From: Klebsormidium nitens
Taxonomy: Eukaryota > Plantae > Klebsormidiophyceae
Length of the DNA stretch: 64,000 bases
Direction of reading: 5' to 3'
Assembly: GCA_000708835.1 (NCBI GenBank)
Contig: DF237395.1
Location: forward strand, 1-64,000
Shown: positions 26,701-39,000 of the stretch, piece by piece
Numbering within the stretch: position 1 is the stretch's first letter
How the letters are laid out: each line of letters starts with the position of its first letter
Notes under the pieces: model-generated
The model's database searches: none
What the model was told of the DNA's origin: nothing
Seen by the model: only the letters and a program-made list of their open reading frames with translations
Translations under genes and position numbers: made by a program

Positions 26701-27872
26701 AGAATACACACCGGTATTAGGCAAGCTCGCTACCGACCACTTCCAGTCCTACCCCCCCACCTGGCACCCCCCTGCAAACACACTATTCAAAGCAGTAAAT
26801 TTAGAGCCTATATGTTGAGAGTAGAACGTGAGATGGATGATCTAATCTTGCTTGCAGAACTCACTTCAACGCCTTGGCTTCTCAGTCTGTTTGCCGCCTC
26901 CTGCGCCACCGCTTCTCTCCGCCCCATGATCACCACCTTGGCGCCATGCAGCCCCAGCTGCCGGGTTATCTCAAACCCGATTCCTGACCCACCGCCTGCA
27001 GTAGCCCCGATAGAAGAGGTGCTTCGAAGATTGTTGGTCATTGTTTGTCAAAGCCACATTATAAGTGGTGAAGGCCTGTTCTGGGGATTGACTGGCTGTG
27101 ATCTATTCAATCCAGCTGAAGTACAAGGCTGTCAAGTGGTCAAGAACCTGTACAGTCAAGGTGCGGCAGCTGCTCGAAGAGGAATTGTTGTTGAACATTC
27201 CTGACTGATTGCAGGCTTAAATGGTATAGAGCTCAGAATCTGTGAAGTACGTAGATAAAACTGACATGGACCTGCGATTCACCCCTTCCAAGTTACCCCT
27301 GCTCTTGATCAGACGCCACAGACTTGGGAGTGGCGGACTGACCATACTTCTGTCCTGGTCATCTATAAGACAGTCATGAGATTGAACCTCTTCAGACTCT
27401 TGATAAACAGGGGAACAGGCCCCAGTCAGCCGGACTTCAAGAAGTCTGTGTTCCATGTGCCTTGCGCTGCTAATCAGAGAGTAGGGCCCCTCCAAAACTG
27501 AAGGCTCATACATACAATGCCCAGTGAAACCTCGTTGGCATTTTGTATCACTCCGTGTGAAAGATTGATTGCAGATACTCATCTAGAAGATGCACTGCTG
27601 CACAAGAGGAATGTTAGCAAAGTTGTGTTACGTTGCACCACCCAATCAAGCCCCAAAATGAAGCCGACCCCAAAATCCCACAGGCCTGGCATTTTCTTCA
27701 ACTTACGTCGGTCGCACCGACGCTGACTTGACAGCTATTGAGGCTTTGAAGAATCGTTGAAGGATCTAAAGCCAGATTCAATCAAGCACCAACCTGTAAT
27801 GAGCGCCACCTTTCCAGCCAGAATGCTGTCTCTGAAAGGAGACGGCGGAAAACCACCTGCGTGATCCCCCAT
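20796..27872 (-). CDS. DECR2: Peroxisomal 2,4-dienoyl-CoA reductase (short-chain dehydrogenase/reductase) with C-terminal PTS1 (SKL); 8 coding exons
   Basis: Exons 27794-27872 (MGDHAGGFPPSPFRDSILAGKVALIT), 26865-26995 (GGGSGIGFEITRQLGLHGAKVVIMGRR), 26163-26295 (GDVR...LDILVNSAAGNFL), 25079-25180 (ESLSPKGFRTVLEIDTLGTFTMCHAA), 23799-23908 (GLIISISATLQYGASWYQAHASAAK), 22776-22857 (AAIDSLTRSLALEWGHPYRIRVNGIAP), 21868-22012 (GPIADTTG...VGETWDIAMAAVYLAS), 20796-20943 (WISGETVVVDGAHWL...LAKSKL*). Splice phases are all consistent. Confidence 0.92.
22020..22560. repeat. Degenerate minisatellite (about 65-75 bp unit) in DECR intron 6
   Basis: Recurring block aaagtagcacggagggaggggcttcgaa at about 22080, 22215, 22340 and 22420, with weaker copies at about 22280 and 22475. 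Confidence 0.6.
22599..22653. repeat. Interstitial telomeric-type repeat in inverted arrangement: (TTTTAGGG)n followed by (CCCTAAAA)-like units
   Basis: tttagggttttagggttttaggttttaaaccctataaccctaaagccctaaaacc. A second (CCCTAAAA)x2 lies at 23561-23576. Confidence 0.8.
23300..24760 (-). repeat. Two-sided array of exon-boundary copies around DECR exon 5 (about 145-160 bp period)
   Basis: At least 5 copies of cctcttcgtccttggccgctgcac (exon start plus acceptor) at about 24035, 24180, 24335, 24480 and 24545. At least 2 copies of exon end plus donor at about 23640 and 23478. Confidence 0.9.
26296..26580 (-). repeat. Two degenerate copies of the DECR exon-3 acceptor region
   Basis: acgtccccaggaatagaagtggcctgtc at about 26377 and acgtcctcaagaacagcctttgcctcacaag at about 26495, compared with the real acgtccccaggaacagccatggcctgacaag. 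Confidence 0.75.
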
Positions 27873-29005
27873 TCTTGCGATGGGTGGGGAAGCAACTCAA
27901 ATAGCGAACCTCGGAGGTTCGCTAGGATCTGTATATATAACTGACAGTTTACACTAGAAGGGGCCGCCCACGTTGGGTTTTAAAACACCTGCTTAAATCC
28001 TTGAAATTGCGCAGAAAGTTTACAGCAAACTCGTTAAGCTTTAAACGTTCCTGACTTTCATTGTTTCAACCTGCATGGCAGGGTAGTCCTAGTTGGCTGT
28101 TGACCATTCTTCTCCGGTCCGTATCGCTTTGTGTAAGCGCTTATAAGCGTTTATTCGACAGAATATGAGGAATTTCTCTTAATGTTCTATGGTCACCTAG
28201 GTCCTCTTCGATCGTGGGACTCGCATTCCATTCTCGATTGCACGATGGTCCTAGAATTCAGATGCTCCCCGGTATCCGTCTTTTAATCAATACCTGCTCG
28301 ATATATCTGCATAGAACGTGAAGAACCAAGATCTGAGATCAGGTTCAAGGAGGAAGAGCTGAGCTGCTTTGGCAGTGCTGTAGAATTGCATAGCACAAGC
28401 CTAAAAGGAACGTGCATGCAGAGCCGCACGTACTTGTGTAGTTCAGGTGACGAGTTGAGCAGACTTTCTGGAAGCTCCTTCGCTTTTCTTACCTGCATTG
28501 TGCTCCTTAGGTGGACTCATCCCGCATTGCAAGACTTTGCATCAGCGTCGGCCTGAGAGTGGGCGTCGCAAGCCCGAGGTGATTGCGCCTGCATTTTAGT
28601 CCTCCTGGACAAGGATCCTAAGCATTCTCGTAGGCTGCGTTACAAGACGGCTGCTTGCTTTACAAGTACACCTGCAATGCTGCAACTTGTAAAGTATGCA
28701 GCTTGAGCAACAAGACTTGTTATGTTTGTATGTTTGAGTACATCTCTTTCAAAACGAGCTTTCCATTCCACTTGTCTTCGCTCCACGTGTGTTTGCATTT
28801 CTGTTTGCTGTATGCCACTCATCAAGTCCTTGATTCAATGCAAGTCCTTGATTCAATGCAATACTGGTTCGCTAGGCCCAAAGAATCAAGTAACCTGCCT
28901 GAAAGAACACAGGCCATGAACGCAGTCTATATCTATACTGAACAGCTTTGCAAAAACTCAAGGGTTGTTGGATTTTCGCAGCCAACCCCAGCATCGGCGT
29001 CCTCA

Positions 29006-31646
29006 ATGGCTACCAGTACATGTGGCGCTTGTCACGTCCGGCCACTCAAGGGTCTACATCCTACACGCTTTGCTGCTCAAAATGACAACCCTGTGACAGC
29101 TCAAACTTTGTCGTGTAGACTAGGGCGGGCGAAGGCAGACATGACCCCTTTGGCCAAAACTGAGATTACTAGGATTAGGTTAAAAGCGCAGTTTGTTTGT
29201 GAAGAAAGTGTTGGTCCAGCAGGCGGTTGCGGAAGCAGTCACAGGTTTAGCAGTTCAACAGGGCTGTGGGGTAAGAGATCACTGAAAGGGGGGTCACTAG
29301 GAGTAGAAAGCCTTCCAGTAAGAAGGAGTCAGCGTGCCATGGCTTTGTTTGGACTTGGGAGCGAGGCCCCACCTGAGAGCATCCCCCTGACGCCAATCAA
29401 GACAGAGGAGGACCTCGACGCTGCGCTGCAAACAGCGGAGGAGGAGGGACATGCGCTCCTTATTGACTGGTGAGTAGTGGTCGAGTTGACTGCTAGCACA
29501 AGTACTGGAACGTGTGACATTTTCTGGATAATCTGGAACATGGATAATCGTAGAACGACGAACAAAAATCCTGAATCGCTGTCAATCGAGTGGGCAATTC
29601 TCAGAGTTCAAATCCTGAAGAAAGCTGGGCATCTGTTTTCAAATGATTAAGAAGGGTTTCCGTCTAGCTAGACCGCTTGAAGTGGCACTAGATAAGTTGT
29701 TGCCGAGCGGGTATGCGTCTCAAGGAGGTCGGACAATCAGCACAAAGACAAGGACGGGAGCTTGTCACTTGGCTGCAGCCCAAAGACCAACACAAAATGC
29801 CCAACCATGACATAACATGTGCCTGCTAGTTTGATTGTTTGTGGTCTTGTTGAGGACAATTTTCGAAGATGCAGAATATTGAGGGGCATGTGGAAACAAG
29901 CGGAGAGAAGGGAGTGCTTCCTGCTGCCTTTCTAAGTTTCTTCAAGGGCTCCCTTTTCCCATACCTCTTAGTGTCAAAGTCCTGTCTTCGCCCTTTGACA
30001 CCAGAGTACAATTACTCTCTTCACCTTTCGCAGGATGGCCACCTGGTGTAGAAAGTGTATATACCTCCTCCCAAAGATGGAGAAACTGTCCGCCGAGTTT
30101 CACGAGTGAGTCCCCAAGAACTTCTCTTTGGTTCGAAATTTTCACACAGAGAGTAAAGTACGAGAAAGTAAATCACCTCCCTCTGCTACATCATTCCGTA
30201 CTGCTCGAGGCTACCATAGGGAGCTGACATAAGACGGACTGGTTGCTCTTGTCCGATAGAAGCCGGCTGAATCTCACTTTTCTGTGCGCAAGCAGCTATC
30301 TCTAAACTTGTTTGCAACAGAGACCTACCCAGAACAACTTCCGAAGGTCACCTGATGTTCTGAAAGGCCACAAATCAAGCTGAATCTAACCTTCTCTTCT
30401 CGAGAAGTTTTACTCGAACTGCTGTCCTTATGTGGCTGGGACCAATGAGCCGGTGCGCTCGATCGTGAATGAGAGTCCAGTTTTCAAGTCAGCATAGCAC
30501 CATGTTGCATTAACGTGCCATATGTGACCGTGCCTTTCAACCGTTTGGTCCAGCAACATCTTGCGCTTCACTGGAGGTGCAACGGATTTGTTGGAAGTTT
30601 TCGAATCTTCCTAAGAACGGGCCATTCCAACCCAGGTTCCCTACGAGTGAACACCGTCGCTTTGTGTAATGCAGTGTCAGGTTCTACATGGTCAACGTCA
30701 ACGAAGTGCCTGGAGCGCTCGTCAAGCGGGGCGGCATCCAAGTAAGTTGCAGTTCATTCCACCATCTTGAACGGCTGTAACGCACTTCTGTGTATCCACT
30801 CAGAAGAATTTTCCAACCGTTTCGTTACTTGGTGCTGCACCCATCCACCAGTCCATCTCGATACTGACAGGACGGCATATGAAACCACATGTGCTCGTTT
30901 TTTGCAGCGATTTGCACCTTATTGACTTGCGTATGCAGAAAGTGTAAAACTTAATGTCAGTTCTTGAGAGCCTCGCATCTTGCAAGTAGTCAACATCCTA
31001 GTAGATTCCGGAACAACCCCTGTTGGATCAAACTGCCTCAGTTACAATAATTGCTGGTGGATCAGAAGGCATCTGCGTAGAAGCTGATAATCTGAGCAGT
31101 TGCTGTTAACCGGGTGCTTGCTCGCGGTCTGTCTGCGTGCACAATTCTACGAATGTCTTGCCCCTTCGGATGCTGATTGGCTTTGCTGTCCTCCTTGTCC
31201 GCTTGTGCAGAAGATGCCGACCATTCAGGTAAGAGTTCATTCAAGTCTTTGCGACTTCCCGTCGACAGTAGCTTTCGTGACCTTTTCCGTAACTAATGAG
31301 GGGCAATGTACACAGTCAGAACCCTGAGTCCTTCGGGTATTCGGTCTCAAATGTATCGTGTTTGTGTTGTCTAACTCGACTTGAAAGTCAAGTTGCTCTG
31401 TATACGTCCCCCCATAATATTGCAGTCTAGTCGTGGATTGCGCAGCCTTTTCTCATCGGAAATTGACGCATTTAGAGACAGTGATTCGTTTCAAGAAGCT
31501 TACGTGAAGCCGTTATGCTGCTGCAGCTTTGGAAGAACAAAGAGAGGGTAGGGGAAGTTATCGGGGGCCATAAGGCCTGGATGGTCATGGACGAGATCCG
31601 GGATATGATCAAGACGGATGGGGTTCAAGGGGCTGGTTCGAGTTGA
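29006..31646 (+). CDS. WCRKC: Plastid-targeted atypical thioredoxin with WCRKC active site (thioredoxin-like 3 family)
   Basis: Exons 29006-29469 (long transit-peptide-like N-terminus, ...[28 protein letters not shown]), 30034-30105 ([23 protein letters not shown]), 30675-30741 ([22 protein letters not shown]), 31211-31228 (KMPTIQ), 31527-31646 ([28 protein letters not shown]...*). Confidence 0.9.
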
Positions 31647-33003
31647 TTACTCAGGAGTTGCTGTCAGAAAAGGTGGTCATTTCTTGTGTGTTGGTGACTT
31701 GTGTATGGCTGGCCTGTAAGTAAGCTATTCAAGGTAACGGCTGTTGGGCCGTCGGCAATCTGGCTAGGTGTTGTTTCCGGTCCGATTCTTGTCTCGTGCC
31801 TTGCAGCCTTAGGAAGCTGCAGGGTCAACAAACGTTCAAATCCGGGCTTTGTCGGAGGTTCCGTGCTCCATGACATGGCTTTAAGTTGACTAAGGTAACT
31901 TAGCTTTCGTCAAGATTCGAAAACGAAAGGTCATCATCAATGTTGCATGGGCCTAGTAAATATTGCCAGCCGTCTGCCTTCAGGCTTTGATTTACAGACA
32001 ATGTCTGATCGAGGAACTTGTCTCACATGCGCAATCTGTATGGAGCATGTCTTGTACCTTGCCAAACGGCATGACCCCTACATAATGATTGAACTGCACT
32101 ACAGATTCGGAATGGCGCACAGGCTTGTGAAATTGTCAGCTGCCCATGCAGACCCATCAACGATCATCGAACTGTACTAGCGGACCAGACCTAAAGTTGA
32201 GTATGATCGAAGATATTCAAATCAATTCTGAGTTGCGATTTGTCACCATGCGAAGCAGCTTAAGCGCCTTGCCGGCCGGCATGCTTGTTAAGCACCCATG
32301 AGAGGCAACGTATCCCTGCACCTGCAAGGGCCGCCTGGCGCCAGCTCCGGAATTGTACTGCATGATATATCGAGATTGTTTGATGACCAACCGAACCATG
32401 TGCACTGACTCTGCATGCAACATTTCTTTATCAACATGATTGATCCGCGGAGCATGAGCATGCAACGTTTGAACGGAAGCGCAGTACGGACAAGGCGGCA
32501 GTGATGGACGTACTAGCTCGTGCCAGCTCGAACACTGTTAAGTACATTTTAAGTAGTACGGTATGCAACGTTTCATTGAGTATTTTATTACAGTAAAAGG
32601 CTCGGCGTCCGCCCCGCCATGCAGTCATGCAAAGCCTCAAATGCAGGTAATTCACAAGCTGTTCAAATGCACATATGCAACCATGTGCGCTGCACCGAAA
32701 AATTCTTAGATAGCAACGCGTACGGTACCGTACGGTACCATTACACTGAATGATGGGTATGGTAGCCAGCTTGAAGCAGAATATCGAACATTAGCATGAC
32801 GTCAATGTTGAATCGTTGTAAGTATTTGAGTCCCTCATTGTATTATACTCCCTTGCATGTAATGTCGATCAGCAATGTACAGTCCCGAGTCAGCAATCGC
32901 TGACTTTGCTCTACTTTCGCGTGCGCCGTGCTCTTCTACCATATCTCTAGGTACGTACAGTGTCCCGTCAACAATCACCACATGCATCACGGTTACCTAG
33001 CCT

Positions 33004-36000
33004 TCACAACCACACGGGCCGTCCAAAGTTTTTGAAAGTCCGGATCTCTCCCTGGTAGTTCGCCGTCACAATAACGAGCCCCACAGCAGCGGCTGATGCC
33101 ACCGCCGCCTCGGCAGCCGCCGACGCTTCACTATTCGCCGTGGGCGCACTCTCTTTCTCTTTTTCACTTTCTTGTTGCGGCTCCGCCCACGGCCCCGGAC
33201 CGTTCCGCCCCCCCGCCACTTCCTCCGACGCCTTCGCTTCGCCCCGGGCCCCCAACGCCTCCTTCGGCCAACTCCCGGGGGGTACCTCCCGGGCACCTCT
33301 CCCAGGCACTCGGACCCCCCCCGCGCTGGTGATTTCCCCCCGGGCCGCGACGCTCCCGCCACTGTTCGCCCGGCTTCGGCTCTTGCTTTGGCTGCCGTCG
33401 GAGTCGGACCCCCCTCCCTTGGGACCCCCCCACGCGACGGCGACGTTGACGCCGCTGCTGTAGAAGTACTCGCACGACTGGTGGTGGTCGCGCCGGAAGC
33501 CGCCGTAGGGGGGGACGTACGAGTTGGCGGCGTTCCAGACGTAGACGAAGCCGTCCTCCGAGGGGCAGATGAGGAAGTCGCCCGAGGCGCTGAATGTGGC
33601 GACCTTCTGGCTGTTGGCGTTGGCGTGACCTGGCCGGAAAGGAGACAGTGTTAGCCTCCCAACAAGAGAATCGCTTCTCCAACGTTTTCTCCGTGACCCC
33701 TGAGCAGATGAGGAAAGTCGCTGAAACCTCGTTAGGTGATTTTGCCCGAGCAGTGAATGAGAAGACTACGGTTTGAAAAGGGTTTGGAGGAAATATTAAC
33801 GTCGTGATTGCTTCCTTCCGAAGAGCAAAACTCACTTACAGGTGCTCTAAAACTCTAGTAAACGGGCAAGACGTGTCTCTTTCTTTATGCCTTCTCTGCG
33901 CCTAAGGTAGAGGCTGATGTCAGCCACTAACGGCGACGGCGCCACGTTCTTGACGGCCAAGATTGAAGACGTCATTCTTTCGGACCAGAACATCGTCCTT
34001 CAAAAGGTGCGCTCCCCACCTCGATACTTGCACTGGAGCTTCATCCCGTCGTACACCTAAAGCCGCCAGTCGGCTGACGTGTGCTACATCACCCCCAACT
34101 CGATAGACGACGTCAGCATCCGAATCCTCGCAAACACCCACCTCGATACTTGCACTGCAGCTTCATCCCGTCGTACACACGGAGCAGCAAGTCATTTGAC
34201 GTCAGCATATCTCGTGCTGACATCAGCTCAACTCCCGAATAAAGAGACCAAAAAACATCGTAAAATACGACACCCACCTCGGTACTTGCACTGCAGCTTC
34301 ATCCCGTCGTACACCCGGAGCCGCGAGTCGTTTGACGTCACCAGGATCTTGCGGGGATCCCCCGGCATGCACTGGACGCCCGTGACCTTCTTCCCCTGCG
34401 CGTTCTTGCCACGTGTGCTGCGGACGTCCAGCGTGCCGTCCAGCTGCAGCATGTGCTGCCGCGTCGTGTAGAAGCGACACGTGCCCTCGTACGAACCCAC
34501 GATTGCGCCCTGCATGCCAGAGACAGGTGTCGAATGATCAGTTTCCATGCTTTAGAGCTAGATTCCGTGCCTCCACTGTTGTCGTTTTGTTGGTCGTATC
34601 GGCTCTTTCTTGCGCCCTGCAAGGCACGTGCTTTTGCGGAAGGCTCCAGGATCCGCTCAAGTACCTCGTCAAGGGGAGCACAAGTTTGTTGACGATCAGT
34701 ATTAGACGATCGGCGGCTAGGCATTGACTGACGGTACTTGGCACTGTGCAGTGTACAGCTGGCGAGAAGCTAGAATCGGGTCAAGACTAAAGCGTAAGAG
34801 CTCGAAACGGCAAATGGCAAGTTGCCGCGTCTCTTCACAAGTAGGTGTGGCAGCTCACACCCACATACGCCGGCTCGTGCAACATCCTTTTGCTGGATCG
34901 AACTCACTTTCAGGCATTGCATGTGCAGGATATGCAGGCTAAGTCAATCATAAAGCGCCTGGTGTGGAACGGTACAGAGGAACAGGAACAGAGGAATAGG
35001 AAAATTGCAGAGGGAAGCAATGCCGCTATGCGGAGCGGATCCTGGTAACTGATACTAGTTCGGCTGAAGGGGCCTGTGCTTTCGGCGATGGGCTAAAAGA
35101 GAAAAGGCGCACGTGAACCTGGCAACGTCTCTTTAGTGCCTGATGCGTGTTCTACATGGGATTCTCACGCTGCCATCGGCGGTGTAGGTGCACGCGGTGA
35201 CCATCTCACGCGCATCGTACCATTACAAAACTCGGTTCTGACGGAACACTCGTCAAAAATCGAAGACAATCGTTCTTTTGAAACAGTGACCTGAAACCCT
35301 GGAACCCCAAAGACCCACTTCAAAAGCAATACAAACGTCACAGAAACTTACGCTGCCGTCGGCGGTGTAGGTGCACGCGGTGACCATCTCACGCGCATCG
35401 GTCCAGTCCACGACGCGGTGCTCCGGAATGTTCCAGATACGAATCTTGTTGTCCAGGCTGCCGCTCAGAAAGTACTTGTCGTCCACAGGGTTAAAGTCGA
35501 GGCACCTGGAATATACACAAAAGAGCTTAGGCTTTGCCACTCTCAGAGGTCAAAGATCTCTCAACAATCAGAGGCCAAATGCGGGCTTCGTTTGTGCAGG
35601 CGTCAGATCCGATTGTATGTGGAACGCAAGGGATCTCAGTTCTTCCCAAGCTGTCGTCGTCGAAAGACGTCTCGTCGACCGATTGAAGTGGAGGCACATG
35701 ATGAGGAAGAATGCCACGAAGATTGCAGATCACCTTCGTGGCAATCGCGTATGCAGACGTGCTCACTCATCGGTTTGAAATGTAACGCAATCGGAACATC
35801 CCTCTGAAGGTCGGAACAGGGACAGAGCCGACTCACAAAGTCGTTGTGCGGGAAAATGCGCACTCGTTCATGTATATGAATGGTTCAAAGAGCAACGCAT
35901 CAAAGGAAACGCTTCCCTGAAGGTCCGAACGAGAACTAGAGTTGACTCACGTCACAAAGTCGCTGTGTGGGCACTCATCCATGTTTTTGATTGGTCCAGA

Positions 36001-39000
36001 AGGCAGCGGAAGCACGGGAAGGACTTCTCTGAAGGTCGGAACGAGAAAATGAAACGACTCACGTCGTACAGTCGCTCTGCGAGAACTCGCACAGGCACTC
36101 GTCCATGTAGTGAATGGTAGATAGAGCAACGTATCAGAGGGAAACGCTTCTCTGAAGGTCCGAACGGGAACAAAATCCGCCTCACGTCAAAAAGTCGCTG
36201 TGCGAGATAGCACGCAGGCACTCGTCCATCCGATTGAGTGGTCCAAAGAGCAACGTATTAGAGGAAAAGGCTTCTCTGAAGGTCAGAACGGGAACAAAAT
36301 CCGCCTCACGTCCCAAAGTCGCTGTGCGGGAACACGTGCAGGCACTCGTCCATCCGATTGAGTGGTCCAAAGAGCTACGTAACAAAGGAAAAGGAAACGT
36401 CTCTGAAGGTAAAAACGGAGACTTGAATTCGACTCACGTGACAAAGTCGCTGTGCGGGAACACGCGCAGGCACTCGTCCACGTGCAAAAGCAACGGTCAC
36501 CAAAGAAACCGGTTTTCTGAAGATATGAACAAGAAGAAGAGTCGACTCACGTGACAAAGTCACTGTGCGGGAACACGCGCAGGCACTCGTCCATGCTGAC
36601 GTGCCAGAGGCGCACCGTCGTGTCCATACTGGAGCTGAGCAGAAACTGCGTGTTCTTGGACCAGGACACCTCCAGGACGTCCGACGAGTGCCCGCGGAGC
36701 GTCCGGTATGCCACGTCAGCAAGCCAGAAGCTGGCGCCCCAACTGGTGGAGCGGTCCCGGCCCCCCGCGCGGGTGACGTCATCGGGGGCGTCGTCGGAAG
36801 CGGCGGCGGTGGGGATGCCGGCGGCGGAGACGAGCTCGTCGAAGTCGCCGCTCGCCTGATGAGAAACGGATGAGAGTGAGTTTTGAATGTGCGCGTGACT
36901 CTTGGACGGCGTCAGCTGCTAGAACGCACAAGACTTCGACGGAGAACGGGTGTTCAGCGAGCTTGGGCTGCATAGTTAATGCCCCGTGAAAGTAGACCCG
37001 ACTTGTGAATACACACGTGAACTTGTTATCATCGAAGGAGCGATGATAATTGCCCGGTGCTGTAAGGTGAATAGGAGTTTTGAATAGGTCTACGAGGCTC
37101 AAGTTGGTTCTTAGTTGCCGATCTGAGTCTGTAAAGCCTGATGTGCGCCGTTCAGAGTCCAAACACCTGAGACACCGAATCTTACGCGAATGCTTCAGAT
37201 ACTCACAGGCACTCGGGTCCAGGATTCGGTCACTCGAAAGTCTTGGTGTTCTGAGTTTTCCAAGGGCGACAGAAAGCAAAGACGACGGAGTACGGGAAAG
37301 CTGCCGCACCTGAAGCGGGGTCGGGGGAAGCTTGTCGACCACTTCCCACACCTTGACCAAGCCGTCCTTGCCTCCGGTTACCAGGAACCGGCCGTCGGAG
37401 TTGAATTTCATGCACCTGGAAGCACGGGCGAAAGGTAATTTGGTCGTGAGTCTGACCGGACGAAGTGGCATACCGCAGAAAGTGTGCACATTTCCAGTTC
37501 CGAGCCCCCGGTTGCGAGGAACCGACAGTCCGAGTTGACCTTTATGCACCTGAGAGCCTGGGCATCACGTTCATCAGGTTGGTCTTACTGGGACAACTTG
37601 GCATGCCCTAAAATGTGTGCAGGTTCTCAGGCCCGGCCAAACGAGCCCCGGAAACTGACCGTCTAAGAAAGACTTATCTGCTTGAGAGTACGAGCGAAAG
37701 CAAAGTCGATGGAGAGACCGACCGCATATGAACCTGACTTGTGCGTACTCTTTCAGTCCCAGCTAACCGAGGCTCGAGAGTATCAGCAAAAGTCTCCGGA
37801 AGGCAGATTGACCCAGGAGGCCGCCAGCCGAGCTTCGAAGTTCGCATGGCCGGACAGAATCCTTCAGTTGTTACGCCGCTCGATTTTAAACCAGTGTAGA
37901 ACCTCACCAGATCGGCCCTTCGTGCGCCTTGATCTCCTGCCCCACCCGCACGTCCGTCAGCTCCTTGAACGCCTTCCGTTGCACGTGCACTTTCACGGAC
38001 CCCTTCCCGTTCGGACCGGCCTCATACCCGGGACCGTACCCCGCGATTCGGGCGTCCGTGAAGCCCCGCCCGTGCACGAATGGTCGCCGGTCGGTGTCGC
38101 TGCCACTGCCGCTGTCGTCTCGCTGAAGCTTGCTGGAGAGTCAGAGTCAAAGGTGAGACTTGAGAAGAGTAACACCAGGGAGGACGCTGTGACAGGAACA
38201 TTGGAAGCGTAGATTCTTCGGAACCCTTCAGACCTCGACAACACTATTACCCTGAAGGTTCAATCCACGATGGCAGAAGCAACAAATTACGAAAGTATTA
38301 TGCGGAAGGACTCGATCTGCTTTGCTATGAGGGGCAGCGCGTGAGAAAGAAGGCTTCAGCCTCGAGGCTTTCAATTTCCCAAGCAGAAGGCGTACTGTGA
38401 TTCAAGCAGCTTGAACTGATCCCGCACCATTATTCACTCAATTGGACTCAAACAAGAACAACCTCATGATGGTCGCCAAGAGCAGTGCAACGGCGCCTCC
38501 TTCAAAACGAGAATCTCAGTGGAACGCTGATGCATCCCGGAGTGCAGTGCAACGTTTCATTCCGAAGGCAGTGTAATAAAGCAGAAAGAAGGACTCAGCA
38601 CGACGAGCAAGCGAGGCTCACCGCCTCCCCTTCTCGTAGTACGCTGCTCCCTTCTTCACCGCCTTGTTCAGCCAGTTCTTCTTCTTCTTTTCTCGCCCCC
38701 CCCCCGGACCTGGGTCGCTTTCTGACTCTGGCCTGGCCCCCGGACTGAGGAACTCCTCTTCGCCCCCTTCCGCTAACCATTCCCGCCGTTGCACCTCTCT
38801 CGAAACCGGGGACAGCCCTAGCGTTTCTTCGACCTCGTCGATCGAAAGTTCCTTGCCCGAGTTGACGTCGATTACTCTGTTTCCCAGGCTCTGCTCGAGA
38901 AAGAACTCCTTTCCGGTGTCGAGGTTCTTGATCCGGTAGACCACATCGCCAGTCGGGCTGACGGGAAGGCCCCCCTCGGGAAGAGTCAAGGCTTGCTCCG

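Noticed and set aside
28655-29005. Upstream extension of the 272-aa ORF before the thioredoxin ATG
   Set aside because: Starts at a non-ATG codon and runs through promoter-like DNA that includes an 18-bp tandem duplication; ATG 29006 gives a sensible transit peptide.
35780-36550. Regularly spaced repeats resembling a CRISPR array (also 23900-24600 and 8400-8975)
   Set aside because: The repeats are imperfect copies of adjacent exon ends, the intervening segments are similar to each other, the context is eukaryotic and intronic, and no cas genes are present.
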